Shown here: piece after piece, positions 26,195 to 35,796 of the stretch
Numbering within the stretch: the first letter of the stretch is position 1
Layout: the number at the start of each line of letters is the position of its first letter
Origin: Gammaproteobacteria bacterium
Lineage (GTDB): Bacteria > Pseudomonadota > Gammaproteobacteria > JADZEE01
Direction: 5' to 3'
Length of the DNA: 64,000 nucleotides
NCBI GenBank assembly: GCA_050183625.1
Contig: JBFXBD010000008.1
Span: 2,521-66,520, forward strand
Made by a program: the position numbers and the translations under genes
The notes under the pieces: generated by a model
What the model saw: only the letters and a program-made list of their open reading frames with translations
What the model was told of the DNA's origin: nothing
Database searches by the model: none

Positions 26195-26823
26195 GGACGA
26201 CCCCGCGGCACGCCGCGGGTGTGGGCGTGCAGGCGATCCAGCAGCGCCGCGTGCTGCGCGGCCCGCGCCGGGTCCGGATCGGGCCGCGCCTGCACCGCGG
26301 CGATCGCGGCGACGTAGTCCGCCGGCAACTCCAGGTGCCGCGCGCCCGCGAGCACGATGTCGCGATACCAGTCGTAGGGCAGGCCGGCATCGTCGAGGTG
26401 CGTGTCCCGGGCGATATAGACGAAGGCCTCGACCGGCGCGCCGCGCGTGTTTACCTCGAGCGCCTGCACCGCGTAGCCCGGGCCTTCGAAGCGGTCCAGC
26501 GTTTCGCGTTCGGCGGGGTCCAGCGTGAACAGCGCGCCCCAGGCCCGATCGGCCGCGTTCCCGGTCCGCACCAGATTGCACTTGGCCGAGTCGTCCACGC
26601 CGCGCTTGTGGAAGCGCAGCCGCCAGCCGGGCAGCGCGATCACGTCGACGAGGCGCGCGGAGGCGATCCGCTCGCCGAGCCGCAGCGGGTGCAGGTTGGA
26701 GCCATAGGCGAGGTAGACCACGGGGGCGATTGGAACGTTCGCGATTGGGATGCGTGCGGTGGAATTGTGACGGAATCCGCCCCCGCCGCGCGAGTGGCCC
26801 GGCGCTTTCAACCCCGATTCCAC
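26191..26823 (-). CDS. gamma-glutamylcyclotransferase-like (AIG2/GGCT fold) protein
   Basis: YLAYGSNLHP motif (YGSL of the GGCT fold). True start probably internal, upstream of VVYLAYGSNL. Stop overlaps the NlpC/P60 GTG (GTGA). Confidence 0.5.
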   Translation of the reverse strand: MESGLKAPGHSRGGGGFRHNSTARIPIANVPIAPVVYLAYGSNLHPLRLGERIASARLVDVIALPGWRLRFHKRGVDDSAKCNLVRTGNAADRAWGALFTLDPAERETLDRFEGPGYAVQALEVNTRGAPVEAFVYIARDTHLDDAGLPYDWYRDIVLAGARHLELPADYVAAIAAVQARPDPDPARAAQHAALLDRLHAHTRGVPRGRP

Positions 26824-26877
26824 CCCGCCCGCGTTTCAAGCCCTCGCGAACACTTTGGATGGAGAAAGGACAGGACC

Positions 26878-27744
26878 ATGCCCGGACTTCCCGCCACCGC
26901 ACTCGCCGACGCCCGCCACTACCAGATCGGCGTTCTCGCCTTCCTGCTCGTGTATGGGTGTGGCTGGCTGCACTTCGACGTGCCCGCCGTCCAGGCGGCC
27001 CTGACGATCACGACCGCCCTGGCGGTGCAGTGGCTGGGCGATCGGCATCTCGCGCACCGCCCCTTCGAGCCGCGCAGCGCTTTCATCTCCAGCCTGTCGC
27101 TGTGCATCCTGCTGCGGGTCGACGTGCCGTGGCTGGCGATGCTCGGCGCCGCAATCGCCATCTCCAGCAAATTCCTGATCACGGCGCGCGGCAAGCACCT
27201 GTTCAACCCCACCTGCCTTGCCCTGGTCGTGCTGGCCGGCGGCACGAGCCGCGCCTGGGTGTCCCCCGGGCAGTGGGGCGACGGCGCCTGGTTCGGCTTC
27301 CTGATGGCCTGCCTGGGCCTGCTGGTCCTGAACCGCGCCCGGCGCGCCGAGACCACCGCGGCGTTCCTGCTCACCTACGCGGGACTGGTGTTCGCACGCG
27401 CGCTCTGGCTCGGCGATCCGCTCGCGATACCGCTGCACCAGCTCCAGAGCGGCGCCCTGCTCCTGTTCGCGTTCTTCATGATCTCCGATCCGAAGACCAC
27501 GCCCGACAGCGCTGCCGGCCGGATCCTGTTCGGCGTGGCCGTCGCCGTGCTGGCAGCCGCGCTGCGCTTCCAGCATTTCCAGCCCTACGCCCTGCTGTAC
27601 GCACTGGCGGCCTGCGCGCCGCTGGTGCCGCTGCTGGATCGCTGGCTGCCCGGCGCGCGCTACGACTGGCGCGGCGGTCCGCCATCCGCGCCGAGAACCG
27701 TACCGCCGGCGACCCCCGCCGCCGCCGCGCCCCGCGCGGCCTGA
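26878..27744 (+). CDS. RnfD/NqrB-family polytopic membrane protein
   Basis: ATG at 26878 after GGAGAAAGGA. Multiple TM helices, FNPT and FMISDPKTTP motifs reminiscent of the RnfD/NqrB FMN-attachment region. Adjacent to a DUF2330 gene. Confidence 0.55.
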   Translation: MPGLPATALADARHYQIGVLAFLLVYGCGWLHFDVPAVQAALTITTALAVQWLGDRHLAHRPFEPRSAFISSLSLCILLRVDVPWLAMLGAAIAISSKFLITARGKHLFNPTCLALVVLAGGTSRAWVSPGQWGDGAWFGFLMACLGLLVLNRARRAETTAAFLLTYAGLVFARALWLGDPLAIPLHQLQSGALLLFAFFMISDPKTTPDSAAGRILFGVAVAVLAAALRFQHFQPYALLYALAACAPLVPLLDRWLPGARYDWRGGPPSAPRTVPPATPAAAAPRAA

Positions 27745-27777
27745 TCCCATCCACCACCCACCCAAGGAGAACTCCAC

Positions 27778-29106
27778 GTGCTTTCACGACAACTCGTCCG
27801 CGCCGCTGCTCTCGGCGCCGCCCTGATCGCCGCCCAGGCCCAGGCCTTCTGCGGCTTCTACGTCGCCAAGGCCGATACGCGGCTCTACAACCAGGCATCC
27901 AAGGTCGTGCTTGTGCGCGACGGCGACCGCACCGTGCTCACCATGGCCAACGACTACCAGGGCGATCCGAAGGAGTTCGCCATCGTCATCCCCACGCCCA
28001 CCGTGCTCCAGCGCGAGCAGATCCACGTCGGCGAGCCGGCGGTGATCGATCACCTGGATGCCTACTCTGCACCGCGCCTGGTCGAGTACTTCGATCCGGA
28101 TCCGTGCGCGCGCTTCGAGATGATGGAGCGGATGGCGCCGGCCGCCGGCGCGGTGATGTCGAAGGCGGCGCGCGACGATGCCCGCCAGCGCAGCCTGGGC
28201 GTGACGATCGAGGCCAGCTACACCGTCGGCGAATACGACATCCTCATCCTCTCGGCCACCCAGAGCGGCGGCCTGGTTTCCTGGCTGCGCGAGAACGGCT
28301 ACCGCCTGCCGGCCGGCGCCGAGCCGGTGATCGGCAGTTATCTCAAGCAGAGCATGAAGTTCTTCGTCGCGAAGGTGAACCTCGCCGAGCGCAAGAAGCT
28401 CGGCCGCTCCTACCTGCGGCCGCTGCAGATCGCCTTCGAGAGCCCCAAGTTCATGCTGCCGCTGCGGCTGGGCACGCTGAACGCGAACGGCGCGCAGGAA
28501 CTTTACGTGTTCACGCTCACGCGCAAGGGCCGCGTCGAGGCGACCAACTACCGCACCGTGCCGCTACCGAGCGATATCGAGATCCCGGTGGACGTGAAGG
28601 AGCGCTTCGGCGAGTTCTACAAGGCCATGTTCGACCGCGCCACGGTGCGCGAGGGCCGGCGCGGCGTGTTCACCGAGTACGCCTGGGACATGGGCTGGTG
28701 CGACCCGTGCGCGGCCGACCCGCTGACGCCGGCCGAGCTCGGCGAGCTGGGCGTGTTCTGGCTCGATGCCGCGCGCGATGCCGGCCCGGCACAGAACGTG
28801 TTCCTCACCCGCCTGCACGTGCGCTACGACGCCGCGCACTTCCCCGAGGACCTGGTGTTCCAGGAGACGGGCGACCGCAGCAACTTCCAGGCGCGCTACG
28901 TGTTGCGCCACGCATGGGAAGGGCAGGCGCGCTGCCCCGAAGCAGAGCGCTACCAGCGCGAGGTGCTGCCGCGCCGGCACGAGCAGCAGGCCCGCAACCT
29001 CGCCGAACTCACCGGCTGGAACCTGGACGACATCCTGCGCCGCATGCCTGGCGGCGTGCCCGCCGCTGGCGCGGACAAGTGGTGGGAGCGGCTCTGGAAG
29101 CAGTGA
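27778..29106 (+). CDS. DUF2330-domain secreted protein
   Basis: GTG after AAGGAG. Signal peptide AALIAAQAQA. Sequence pattern FCGFYVAKADTRLYNQ...VIPTP...YDILILSA characteristic of DUF2330. Confidence 0.7.
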   Translation: MLSRQLVRAAALGAALIAAQAQAFCGFYVAKADTRLYNQASKVVLVRDGDRTVLTMANDYQGDPKEFAIVIPTPTVLQREQIHVGEPAVIDHLDAYSAPRLVEYFDPDPCARFEMMERMAPAAGAVMSKAARDDARQRSLGVTIEASYTVGEYDILILSATQSGGLVSWLRENGYRLPAGAEPVIGSYLKQSMKFFVAKVNLAERKKLGRSYLRPLQIAFESPKFMLPLRLGTLNANGAQELYVFTLTRKGRVEATNYRTVPLPSDIEIPVDVKERFGEFYKAMFDRATVREGRRGVFTEYAWDMGWCDPCAADPLTPAELGELGVFWLDAARDAGPAQNVFLTRLHVRYDAAHFPEDLVFQETGDRSNFQARYVLRHAWEGQARCPEAERYQREVLPRRHEQQARNLAELTGWNLDDILRRMPGGVPAAGADKWWERLWKQ

Positions 29107-29422
29107 GCCGGGACGTTTTCCCACCCGGCCCGGCGGCCGCCAGCCATCGAGGCCGCCGGGCCGGGCACCCGCGCGCAACTGGGAGCGCCAGGTCACATCG
29201 AAAGGATGCACGCGGCCAAGCCGCGCACTTGTGTTCATGGATGCACCGGTGCGTACAATGGTCCGGACGCGACGAGACGGGCCCATGCCCCGCGACGGCG
29301 CGCGAAATCAAGCAGCCTCACCCGTGGCGGCGCCCCGATCGGACGCCGGCGGGCGCGTCGACCGCGCGAACGTTCCACGCCGGCGCGCACAGGCAGGACG
29401 CTCAATCGATGGGGGCAATCCA

Positions 29423-30733
29423 ATGAAGAAGAATGCGGCGCCGCAGTTGTCTTCGAGCTGGTGGAAGTCCAATCGGCCCGAAGATGTCGCCAGCGCGGAT
29501 GATCTCGACAAGGCACTGACGGCGTACGAGAAGGCGCTGGCGTCTTTCGCGAAGGCGCAGAGCACGCAGTCTCTGGCCGGCCTGGGCGAGGCGCTCGCCG
29601 GCGTCGAGGCGGCTGCCGAAAAGGTGGTCGCAGAGTGCGAGAAGGCGCTCAAAGGCAGGAAGACCAAGGTCGACGCGGAAGATGCGCAGAACACCGTCGA
29701 TGCGTTGAAGAAACTCGACAAGGTGATCGCCGCGGCGCGCAAGGACGCTGCCGGCAAGGTGAAGGAAGACGACGAGGGCGAGGAGGAGGATGCCGAAGCC
29801 GATGGCCTGCTGAACCAGGAGGAGCGGTACGGCAAGTACCTGCGCCAGGTCATGCGCAAGCTGAAGAATGCACCCATGGCCTTCGGCCTTGCCCTGGGCA
29901 AGAAGCCCGAACAGCACCGCATGCTGTTTCACAAGTCGAAGCAGGGCGAGGCGCTGGCGACCGTCGTCAAGAAGGAGACGAAGCTGACGGCCGTGACGTT
30001 CGGCGTGGCGGGCGGGCACGTGGAGCGGCCGAACGTGCTGGTGCTGAACCTGGACGGGCGGCAATTGCCGGGGCTCGGCAAGAAGTCCAGGGACTTCCTG
30101 AAGTACTTCAAGCCACTGCCCTTCGAGAGCGTCATGCTGATGAGCGGCGGCAAGGAGGTCGAGGACCTCCCGGACGTCGAGGAGGAGGACGCGGATGTCC
30201 CCGCGTCGCGCGTCTCCGAAGCCGACTTCGCGGCGCGGCTGAAGGCGCTGAAGCCACGGATCGACGCGGCGATCGCCGCGAAGGGACCGGTCGCGGACGA
30301 GGTGAAGCGTATCGCGGGCGAAGCCGCACTCCTCGGCCGCAAGAAGCAGTATGACGAAGCCTCGGTGCTGTTCGACGAGATCGACAAGCTGCTCGGAGCT
30401 TCCGGGGCGACCCCGGGCAAGGACCCCGCCGTGGGCGTCAGGCAGGCACTTTCGGCCTGGGATGCCGCGCGATCGAAGGTCGTCGCAACGTTGAAGGAAC
30501 TCGCGAAGGAGGTCGCGGCGGCCAAGCACCCGGAATCCAGGAACGCGTTGCTCGAATTGAACGCGGTGATGAAGCAACTGGCCGGGAACCCCGACACGGA
30601 GCAGAAGATCGCCGACATGGCGCGCTACCTGGAACAGGACGACGTCGTCGCGGACGTCTGCATGATGGCGCAGGACGTGCGCGCGCCGCTGATGCAGGCG
30701 CTGAACGAAATCAAGGCCAGGCTCGCCGCCTGA
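29423..30733 (+). CDS. hypothetical 437-aa Lys/Glu/Ala-rich alpha-helical protein (unknown function)
   Basis: ATG at 29423 after a GGGGG RBS. Clean ORF, lower GC than flanks. Amphipathic helical N-terminus, acidic D/E runs, central short beta-like segment (TFGVAGGHVERPNVLVLNLDG). No signal peptide. The 28766 upstream extension is spurious. Confidence 0.6.
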   Translation: MKKNAAPQLSSSWWKSNRPEDVASADDLDKALTAYEKALASFAKAQSTQSLAGLGEALAGVEAAAEKVVAECEKALKGRKTKVDAEDAQNTVDALKKLDKVIAAARKDAAGKVKEDDEGEEEDAEADGLLNQEERYGKYLRQVMRKLKNAPMAFGLALGKKPEQHRMLFHKSKQGEALATVVKKETKLTAVTFGVAGGHVERPNVLVLNLDGRQLPGLGKKSRDFLKYFKPLPFESVMLMSGGKEVEDLPDVEEEDADVPASRVSEADFAARLKALKPRIDAAIAAKGPVADEVKRIAGEAALLGRKKQYDEASVLFDEIDKLLGASGATPGKDPAVGVRQALSAWDAARSKVVATLKELAKEVAAAKHPESRNALLELNAVMKQLAGNPDTEQKIADMARYLEQDDVVADVCMMAQDVRAPLMQALNEIKARLAA

Positions 30734-30792
30734 CGCACGATGCGGGCCCGGCCGCCGGCCCGCTTCACCAGCAATGGATCGAGGGAACGCTC

Positions 30793-33591
30793 ATGGCCAG
30801 TAACAATCCCGTACCCAAGTCGAAGTTCGGCGTCGTCTTCCAGTACGCGCAGAGCGTGAAGTCCGGCGTGATCAGTGCGACTTCGATGGTGGTCGATTCC
30901 AACATCGCGCGCACGAACTGGCGCCAGGGGCTCAAGCTCAAGAACGTCCCGCACCCGGAGACGGACCTCGCCATCCTGCCGCCGGACTCGAAGACCCTGG
31001 CGAATTACCAGAACGCCAAGCGTGACTACGACGGCATCGATGCGACGCTGAGCGACATGGCGACCTCGAAATGGGAAAAGTTCGAGAAGGATCAGAAGAG
31101 CGCCGAGGCCGCGGTGGCGAACTTCGACCAGGCCATCGAGAACGCGCAGAAGGACATCGAGGCCGAGGTGGTCAGGCGCAGCAAGCTCCCGAACGAAATC
31201 CGCGCCAAGGTGACGCCCCCGCCTTCCGAGAGCGATGTCGCGCTGATCGCCAAGGAAGCCCCCGAACCCGGCGCGGTCTCCAAGGCCAGGGAGGAACTCG
31301 ACAGGCAACTGAAGGCGTTGATCAACGGCAGGGGCGACCCTCACGGGGCGTACGCGGTACTTGAAAAGAGCGCGCACCTGGCGGCCGGGGAGGCCGGAAA
31401 GGCGGTCGAAGCCCTCGCAAAGGCCGTGGAAACTGAAAAGGAGCGCCGCGCGAAAGCGGTCGAGGATCTGGAAGCGAAGCGTCCAGGCCTGCCGACCGGG
31501 GAGCAACTGGCCCTGCTTCCGGCGGACGACAAGGCCGGGGAGGCGTATTCCGGAGCGGGTGACACTGCCAGGAAGGCGATGCAGTCCCTGAACGATGCCC
31601 TGGCCAGGCCGTCGGACGAGTTCGCGAAGGCGCAGAAGACCGCGGCCAAGGCCGTCGAGGACCTGTCCGATGCCGTGTCCAAGGTCAACGATGCGATCCT
31701 GGTCGAAACGAAGCGCCGCCAGGAGAACACGCAATCGGTCCAGAACGACGCGCCGAAGAGCCGGGAACTTCCCGAAGGCGGTGGCATGCTCCCGGGCGAC
31801 CACAAGGCGGTCGCGGCTTTCGGAAGTGGGAATGAAGCGCTGAAGAAGGCCCTGGACGGGCTGGAGAAGTCCGCGAACGCCTCCTACGAGGACTACGAGT
31901 CCGCGTCGCAACTGGCGAAGGAATCGTTGAAGACCTGGAAGTCCAACGCCGATGCGGTCTTGAAGGCGGTGCAGACGGAAACCGATCGACGGCAGTCGGC
32001 GAGGAAGGGCGTGCTCGTTTCGTTCGACGTGGCGGAAACGAACGCTTCCGTGACCAGGAACGTCAAGCTCAAGGAAAGGTACACCACCGCGAAGGAGGGC
32101 TACCAGAAGGCGCTGGATGGGTTGGACCTGAAGATGAACGGCCCGGCGGCGGACTTCGAGGACGCATTCGGGCTGGCGCAGGGAGCGCACAAGAAGATCC
32201 AGCAGGAAATGTCGTCCCTCGCGGGTTCGGTGAAGGAACAGCTTGCCAAGGAGCGCAAGGAGCGTCGCGCGGCCCTCGACCCTGTGGAGAAGGCGCCATC
32301 GCAGCCCGAAGTCAGCCTGCTCGACGCGAACGACGAACGCCGCAAAGGCTACGAACGCCTGGTGACGGAGCACGGCCGCCAGGTGACGGCCTACGACAAG
32401 CTGCTGAAGAACGACCAGGCGAAGGAGGACGAGCTCAAGATTGCCGAGAACGCGGCGCTCGATTCGCGCAAGAACCTGGACGAGGCCTGCCTCGCCCTCA
32501 AGCAGGCGATCGCAGACGAGAAATCGAACCGGAAGGAGGTCTACGAGGAGCTTTCGGCGAAGATCGATCTGCCGGTCGAGGATGGTCTCGCGCTGCTACC
32601 CAAGGAGGATCAGGAGCGGTATCGCAAGGCATTGTCGGTTCACCAGAAGGGGCTGGCCGATCTGCAGAAGGTTGCGGACAGCGCTTCGGCGCAGTACCGG
32701 AAGGTCGAAGCGACGGCGCGGGAGGCCCGGAAAGCCCTGGTTTCCACGGTGAGCGACGTGGGCGAAAAGGCCAACTCGAAGTGGCTGGAGGCACTGCCCC
32801 GGTTCGTCGAGGAACTGGACGGCAAGCTGGAAGCCCTCAAGTCGGGCCTGCAGAAGATGGGCCACCGCAACGCGGATCATTACGGCAAGGTCGTGGACCA
32901 GGAGCGGGAACGGCTCAGGAACACCGACAACTACAAGTCCGTCCGCATCCAGTTCGAGAGATCGTTGCGGGATGTGCTGCAGCAGATGGAACTGGATCTC
33001 AAGGACGGGAAAATTGGGGTGGCGGCCCTCTCGGTGGAGAAGGTGCGGGCGAAGGAGGCCTATCCGAACATCGTCAAGTCGCAGGCGGTCGTCGTGGAGA
33101 AGATGATGTCGGATCTCAAGGGAGCCGTGCCGACCAGCATCGAGGACATCGAGAAGCTGCGCGTGGACTGCAACAGGAAGCTGGCGGACCTGGCCAAGGA
33201 CGTATTCGGCGCCACCGGGCAGAAGCTGCGTCCGCGCAGCTGGGTGGCGACGGCGGGCGCGACCGCCGGCAGGATGATGCCCACGGCGATGAAGCGCATC
33301 TCGCAGGCGCAGATCGACGAATCGGAACGCGTGTTCCGCGGCGCGGGCGCCAAGGAGAGAACCAGCCCGCGCCGCGGCTGGACCCACATCCACATCGGCG
33401 GCGACTACTCGGACAACCTGCTCCTGCACACCGGGACCAACATCGTCGTCGGCTTCCTCGGCCACATGAGCACCGCCTCGAAGGACAAGGAAAACGTCGC
33501 CGCGAGCGAAAAGCTGATGGACGACTTCGTGGAGGGAAATGCCGTGGCGGTCGCGATCCTGGGGCGGGACCTCTACGAGATCGAGGATTGA
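30793..33591 (+). CDS. hypothetical 932-aa alpha-helical repeat protein with distinct C-terminal ~110-aa domain (WTHIHIGGDYSDNLLLHTGTNIVVGFLGHM)
   Basis: ATG at 30793 preceded by GAGGGAA. Long uninterrupted ORF, reduced GC (~60%). Repetitive KA(V/L)E.L helical segments. Ser/Lys-rich non-acidic N-terminal ~35 aa. Confidence 0.65.
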   Translation: MASNNPVPKSKFGVVFQYAQSVKSGVISATSMVVDSNIARTNWRQGLKLKNVPHPETDLAILPPDSKTLANYQNAKRDYDGIDATLSDMATSKWEKFEKDQKSAEAAVANFDQAIENAQKDIEAEVVRRSKLPNEIRAKVTPPPSESDVALIAKEAPEPGAVSKAREELDRQLKALINGRGDPHGAYAVLEKSAHLAAGEAGKAVEALAKAVETEKERRAKAVEDLEAKRPGLPTGEQLALLPADDKAGEAYSGAGDTARKAMQSLNDALARPSDEFAKAQKTAAKAVEDLSDAVSKVNDAILVETKRRQENTQSVQNDAPKSRELPEGGGMLPGDHKAVAAFGSGNEALKKALDGLEKSANASYEDYESASQLAKESLKTWKSNADAVLKAVQTETDRRQSARKGVLVSFDVAETNASVTRNVKLKERYTTAKEGYQKALDGLDLKMNGPAADFEDAFGLAQGAHKKIQQEMSSLAGSVKEQLAKERKERRAALDPVEKAPSQPEVSLLDANDERRKGYERLVTEHGRQVTAYDKLLKNDQAKEDELKIAENAALDSRKNLDEACLALKQAIADEKSNRKEVYEELSAKIDLPVEDGLALLPKEDQERYRKALSVHQKGLADLQKVADSASAQYRKVEATAREARKALVSTVSDVGEKANSKWLEALPRFVEELDGKLEALKSGLQKMGHRNADHYGKVVDQERERLRNTDNYKSVRIQFERSLRDVLQQMELDLKDGKIGVAALSVEKVRAKEAYPNIVKSQAVVVEKMMSDLKGAVPTSIEDIEKLRVDCNRKLADLAKDVFGATGQKLRPRSWVATAGATAGRMMPTAMKRISQAQIDESERVFRGAGAKERTSPRRGWTHIHIGGDYSDNLLLHTGTNIVVGFLGHMSTASKDKENVAASEKLMDDFVEGNAVAVAILGRDLYEIED

Positions 33592-33758
33592 CGCCGGGAG
33601 TACCGCATCGCGATCCCGGCGTTCATCCGAGGCCACGGGCGTCGTCGAGGCGCGGCTCGGGGAGGCGGGCTTGGGCGGGGCACCGGCACCGGGCTGCCGT
33701 AGGTCATTGGGGTGTCGCCAGTAGCCTAGTGGTTCGGGGATGGCCGGACCCTTTTCCG

Positions 33759-34316
33759 ATGTTCCAACCCCTGGATGATTGCGGCTTCAGCCTGCCCCAT
33801 GCGGCCCTGTACGCCCAAATGACCCGGTGGTACCGTTTCCAGCCGGATGCCGTCCGGGTACACGCGAAGGATCGCGACGGCAGTACGCGGGTTGGCGTTG
33901 ATGGCGACATTCGCTACGAAGAGCCGATGCTGCTTGATCCAGTCGACGAAGACGATCCGGTCTTGCTCTTCTTTGACCTCGAAGGTCACGCAGTTGCGGC
34001 GCCACACGTCAACGAAGCCTGGGGGGCGACTCGCGTCCAGTATTCGGTCGATCGCTGCAACCTGGACTTCCCGCCACTCATGGACAAATGGAAAGCGGTC
34101 TGGGCAGAGTGCTGTAATCGTGTGACGGAGTACCGGCGGGAGCTTGGTTCGTACCAAAGGGACCCAACCAACGCCGTCGCGCGGGACCGCGTCAAGCAAG
34201 CCGCGAAGCGCGTGCGGCCGATGCTCCGGGAGGAACAGGATCTGTCTTCGATGGCCCGCGCATGCGTTGAGAGTGCCGGAGATCCATGCGTCGGCGGGTT
34301 TCCGCGGTCCGTATGA
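33759..34316 (+). CDS. hypothetical small protein (185 aa) downstream of the 932-aa gene
   Basis: Co-directional with flanking genes and ends 5 nt before the next gene's start. An ORF of similar length (33726..34337) is also open on the opposite strand, so strand assignment is uncertain. Confidence 0.35.
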   Translation: MFQPLDDCGFSLPHAALYAQMTRWYRFQPDAVRVHAKDRDGSTRVGVDGDIRYEEPMLLDPVDEDDPVLLFFDLEGHAVAAPHVNEAWGATRVQYSVDRCNLDFPPLMDKWKAVWAECCNRVTEYRRELGSYQRDPTNAVARDRVKQAAKRVRPMLREEQDLSSMARACVESAGDPCVGGFPRSV

Positions 34317-34321
34317 AGGCG

Positions 34322-35796
34322 CGGTCGAATTGATCACTCTTGCTACCCTTCAGTCGCTCGCTGCCCGCGGCGAGTCCGAGTCGCTCGAGTTCAAGCGCTC
34401 GACCGCCGAGCTGAAGCGCGCCGGGGAAACGCTCTGCGCGCTCCTGAACGGCGAGGGTGGCAAGGTGCTGATCGGGATCGGCCCCGACTGCAAGATCGTC
34501 GGCCAGGAGGTGTCAGACTCCACCCTCCGCGACATCGCGGCGATGCTCGGCCGCTTCGAGCCGCCCGCGCGCGTCGAGATGAGCCGCGTGGACATCGGGA
34601 ATCGCCGGCGGGTGATTGTGCTCGAGGCCGCTCCGTCCCGGCAGTTCGCACCATTCGTTTTCGAATCGAGGCCATACAAGCGCGTGGGCTCTACCACCAC
34701 GGTGATGTCGCAGGAGGAGTCCGCGCGCCTGCTTCTCGACCGCAATCACAGCCGGCACCGCTGAGAGAACCAACCGGCCGCGGGCGTGCGTCTCGAAGAT
34801 CTGGACCGCGAGGAGATCCTGCGCACGCGCGCCACCGCCATCGAGCAGCGGCGCCTCTCGGCCGGCACGAGCATGGACGTGGGCGACATCCTCGATCGGC
34901 TCGGCCTGCGAATGGACGGGCAGGTCACACAGGCCGCGCAGATGCTCTACGGGACGAAGTTCCTGCCCGACTACCCGCAGGCACTGCTCAAGCTCGGCCG
35001 CTTCCGGGGCAAGAAGATCACCGGCGATATCCTCGACAGCAAGCAGGAGTACCTGCACGCGTTCGCGATGGTCCGAGAGGCGATCGCCTGGCTCGACCGG
35101 ACGTTGCCGCTGTCTGCGCGCTTCCCGAAGGGCGCCGTCAACCGGGAGGATCGGTTGCCGGTGCCGGCGGAGGCGCTGCGAGAGATTGTCATCAACGCCG
35201 TCATCCACCGCGACGTGAGCAACCCGAGCTCGTACGTTGCAATCGCGGTGTTCGACGATCGCATCGAGATCCACAGCATTGGCGCGTTTCCGACCGGTAT
35301 TCGCGCCGAGCTGCTCGCGCGGGAGCACCGCTCGATCCCGCGCAACCCGCTCATTGCCGGCGCCTTCCATCGCACGGGCGCTATCGAGATCTGGGGCCGG
35401 GGTACGAATCGGGTCATCGAGGCGTGCCGCGCGTACGGCATCGCGGACCCGACGTTCACCGAGGCTTCGGGGGCCGTGACGGTGACGTTCAGGGCCGAGG
35501 TCCTGGCGGGGGCACGGGACATGGGGCCGGGTGGGCACCAAGTAGGCACCAAGTCGGCACTAAGTCAGTACCAAGTTCAAGTGCTTGAACTATCGGTTCT
35601 TCCTCGCGCACTGGCGGAACTCATGGGTCCCTCGGGACGATCCGATCGAACCAAGTTTCGGGACCAAGTTCTGCGCCCGCTGATCGAGGCAGGACTACTC
35701 GAAATGACCATCCCCGACAAACCGCGAAGCTCGAAGCAGCGGTATCGCATCACAGACGCCGGGCGTGAAATGTTGGTCGCCGCGAGCGGCAGTTGA
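34322..35796 (+). pseudogene. AlbA_2 (Schlafen-like) + HATPase_c_4 + wHTH 'RecG-like' putative regulator, interrupted by an in-frame TGA at 34762-34764
   Basis: N-terminal GESESLEFKRS (AlbA_2 hallmark). The downstream ORF is in the same frame (34144 and 34786 both frame 1), separated only by TGA + 7 codons. Combined length ~491 aa fits the family. TTG/GTG start uncertain. Confidence 0.5.

Noticed and set aside
33726-34337. minus-strand 203-aa ORF as the real gene instead of the + strand 185-aa ORF
   Set aside because: Not fully rejected. It is down-weighted because it would be the only opposite-strand gene in the islet and would overlap the probable TTG start of the AlbA_2 gene.
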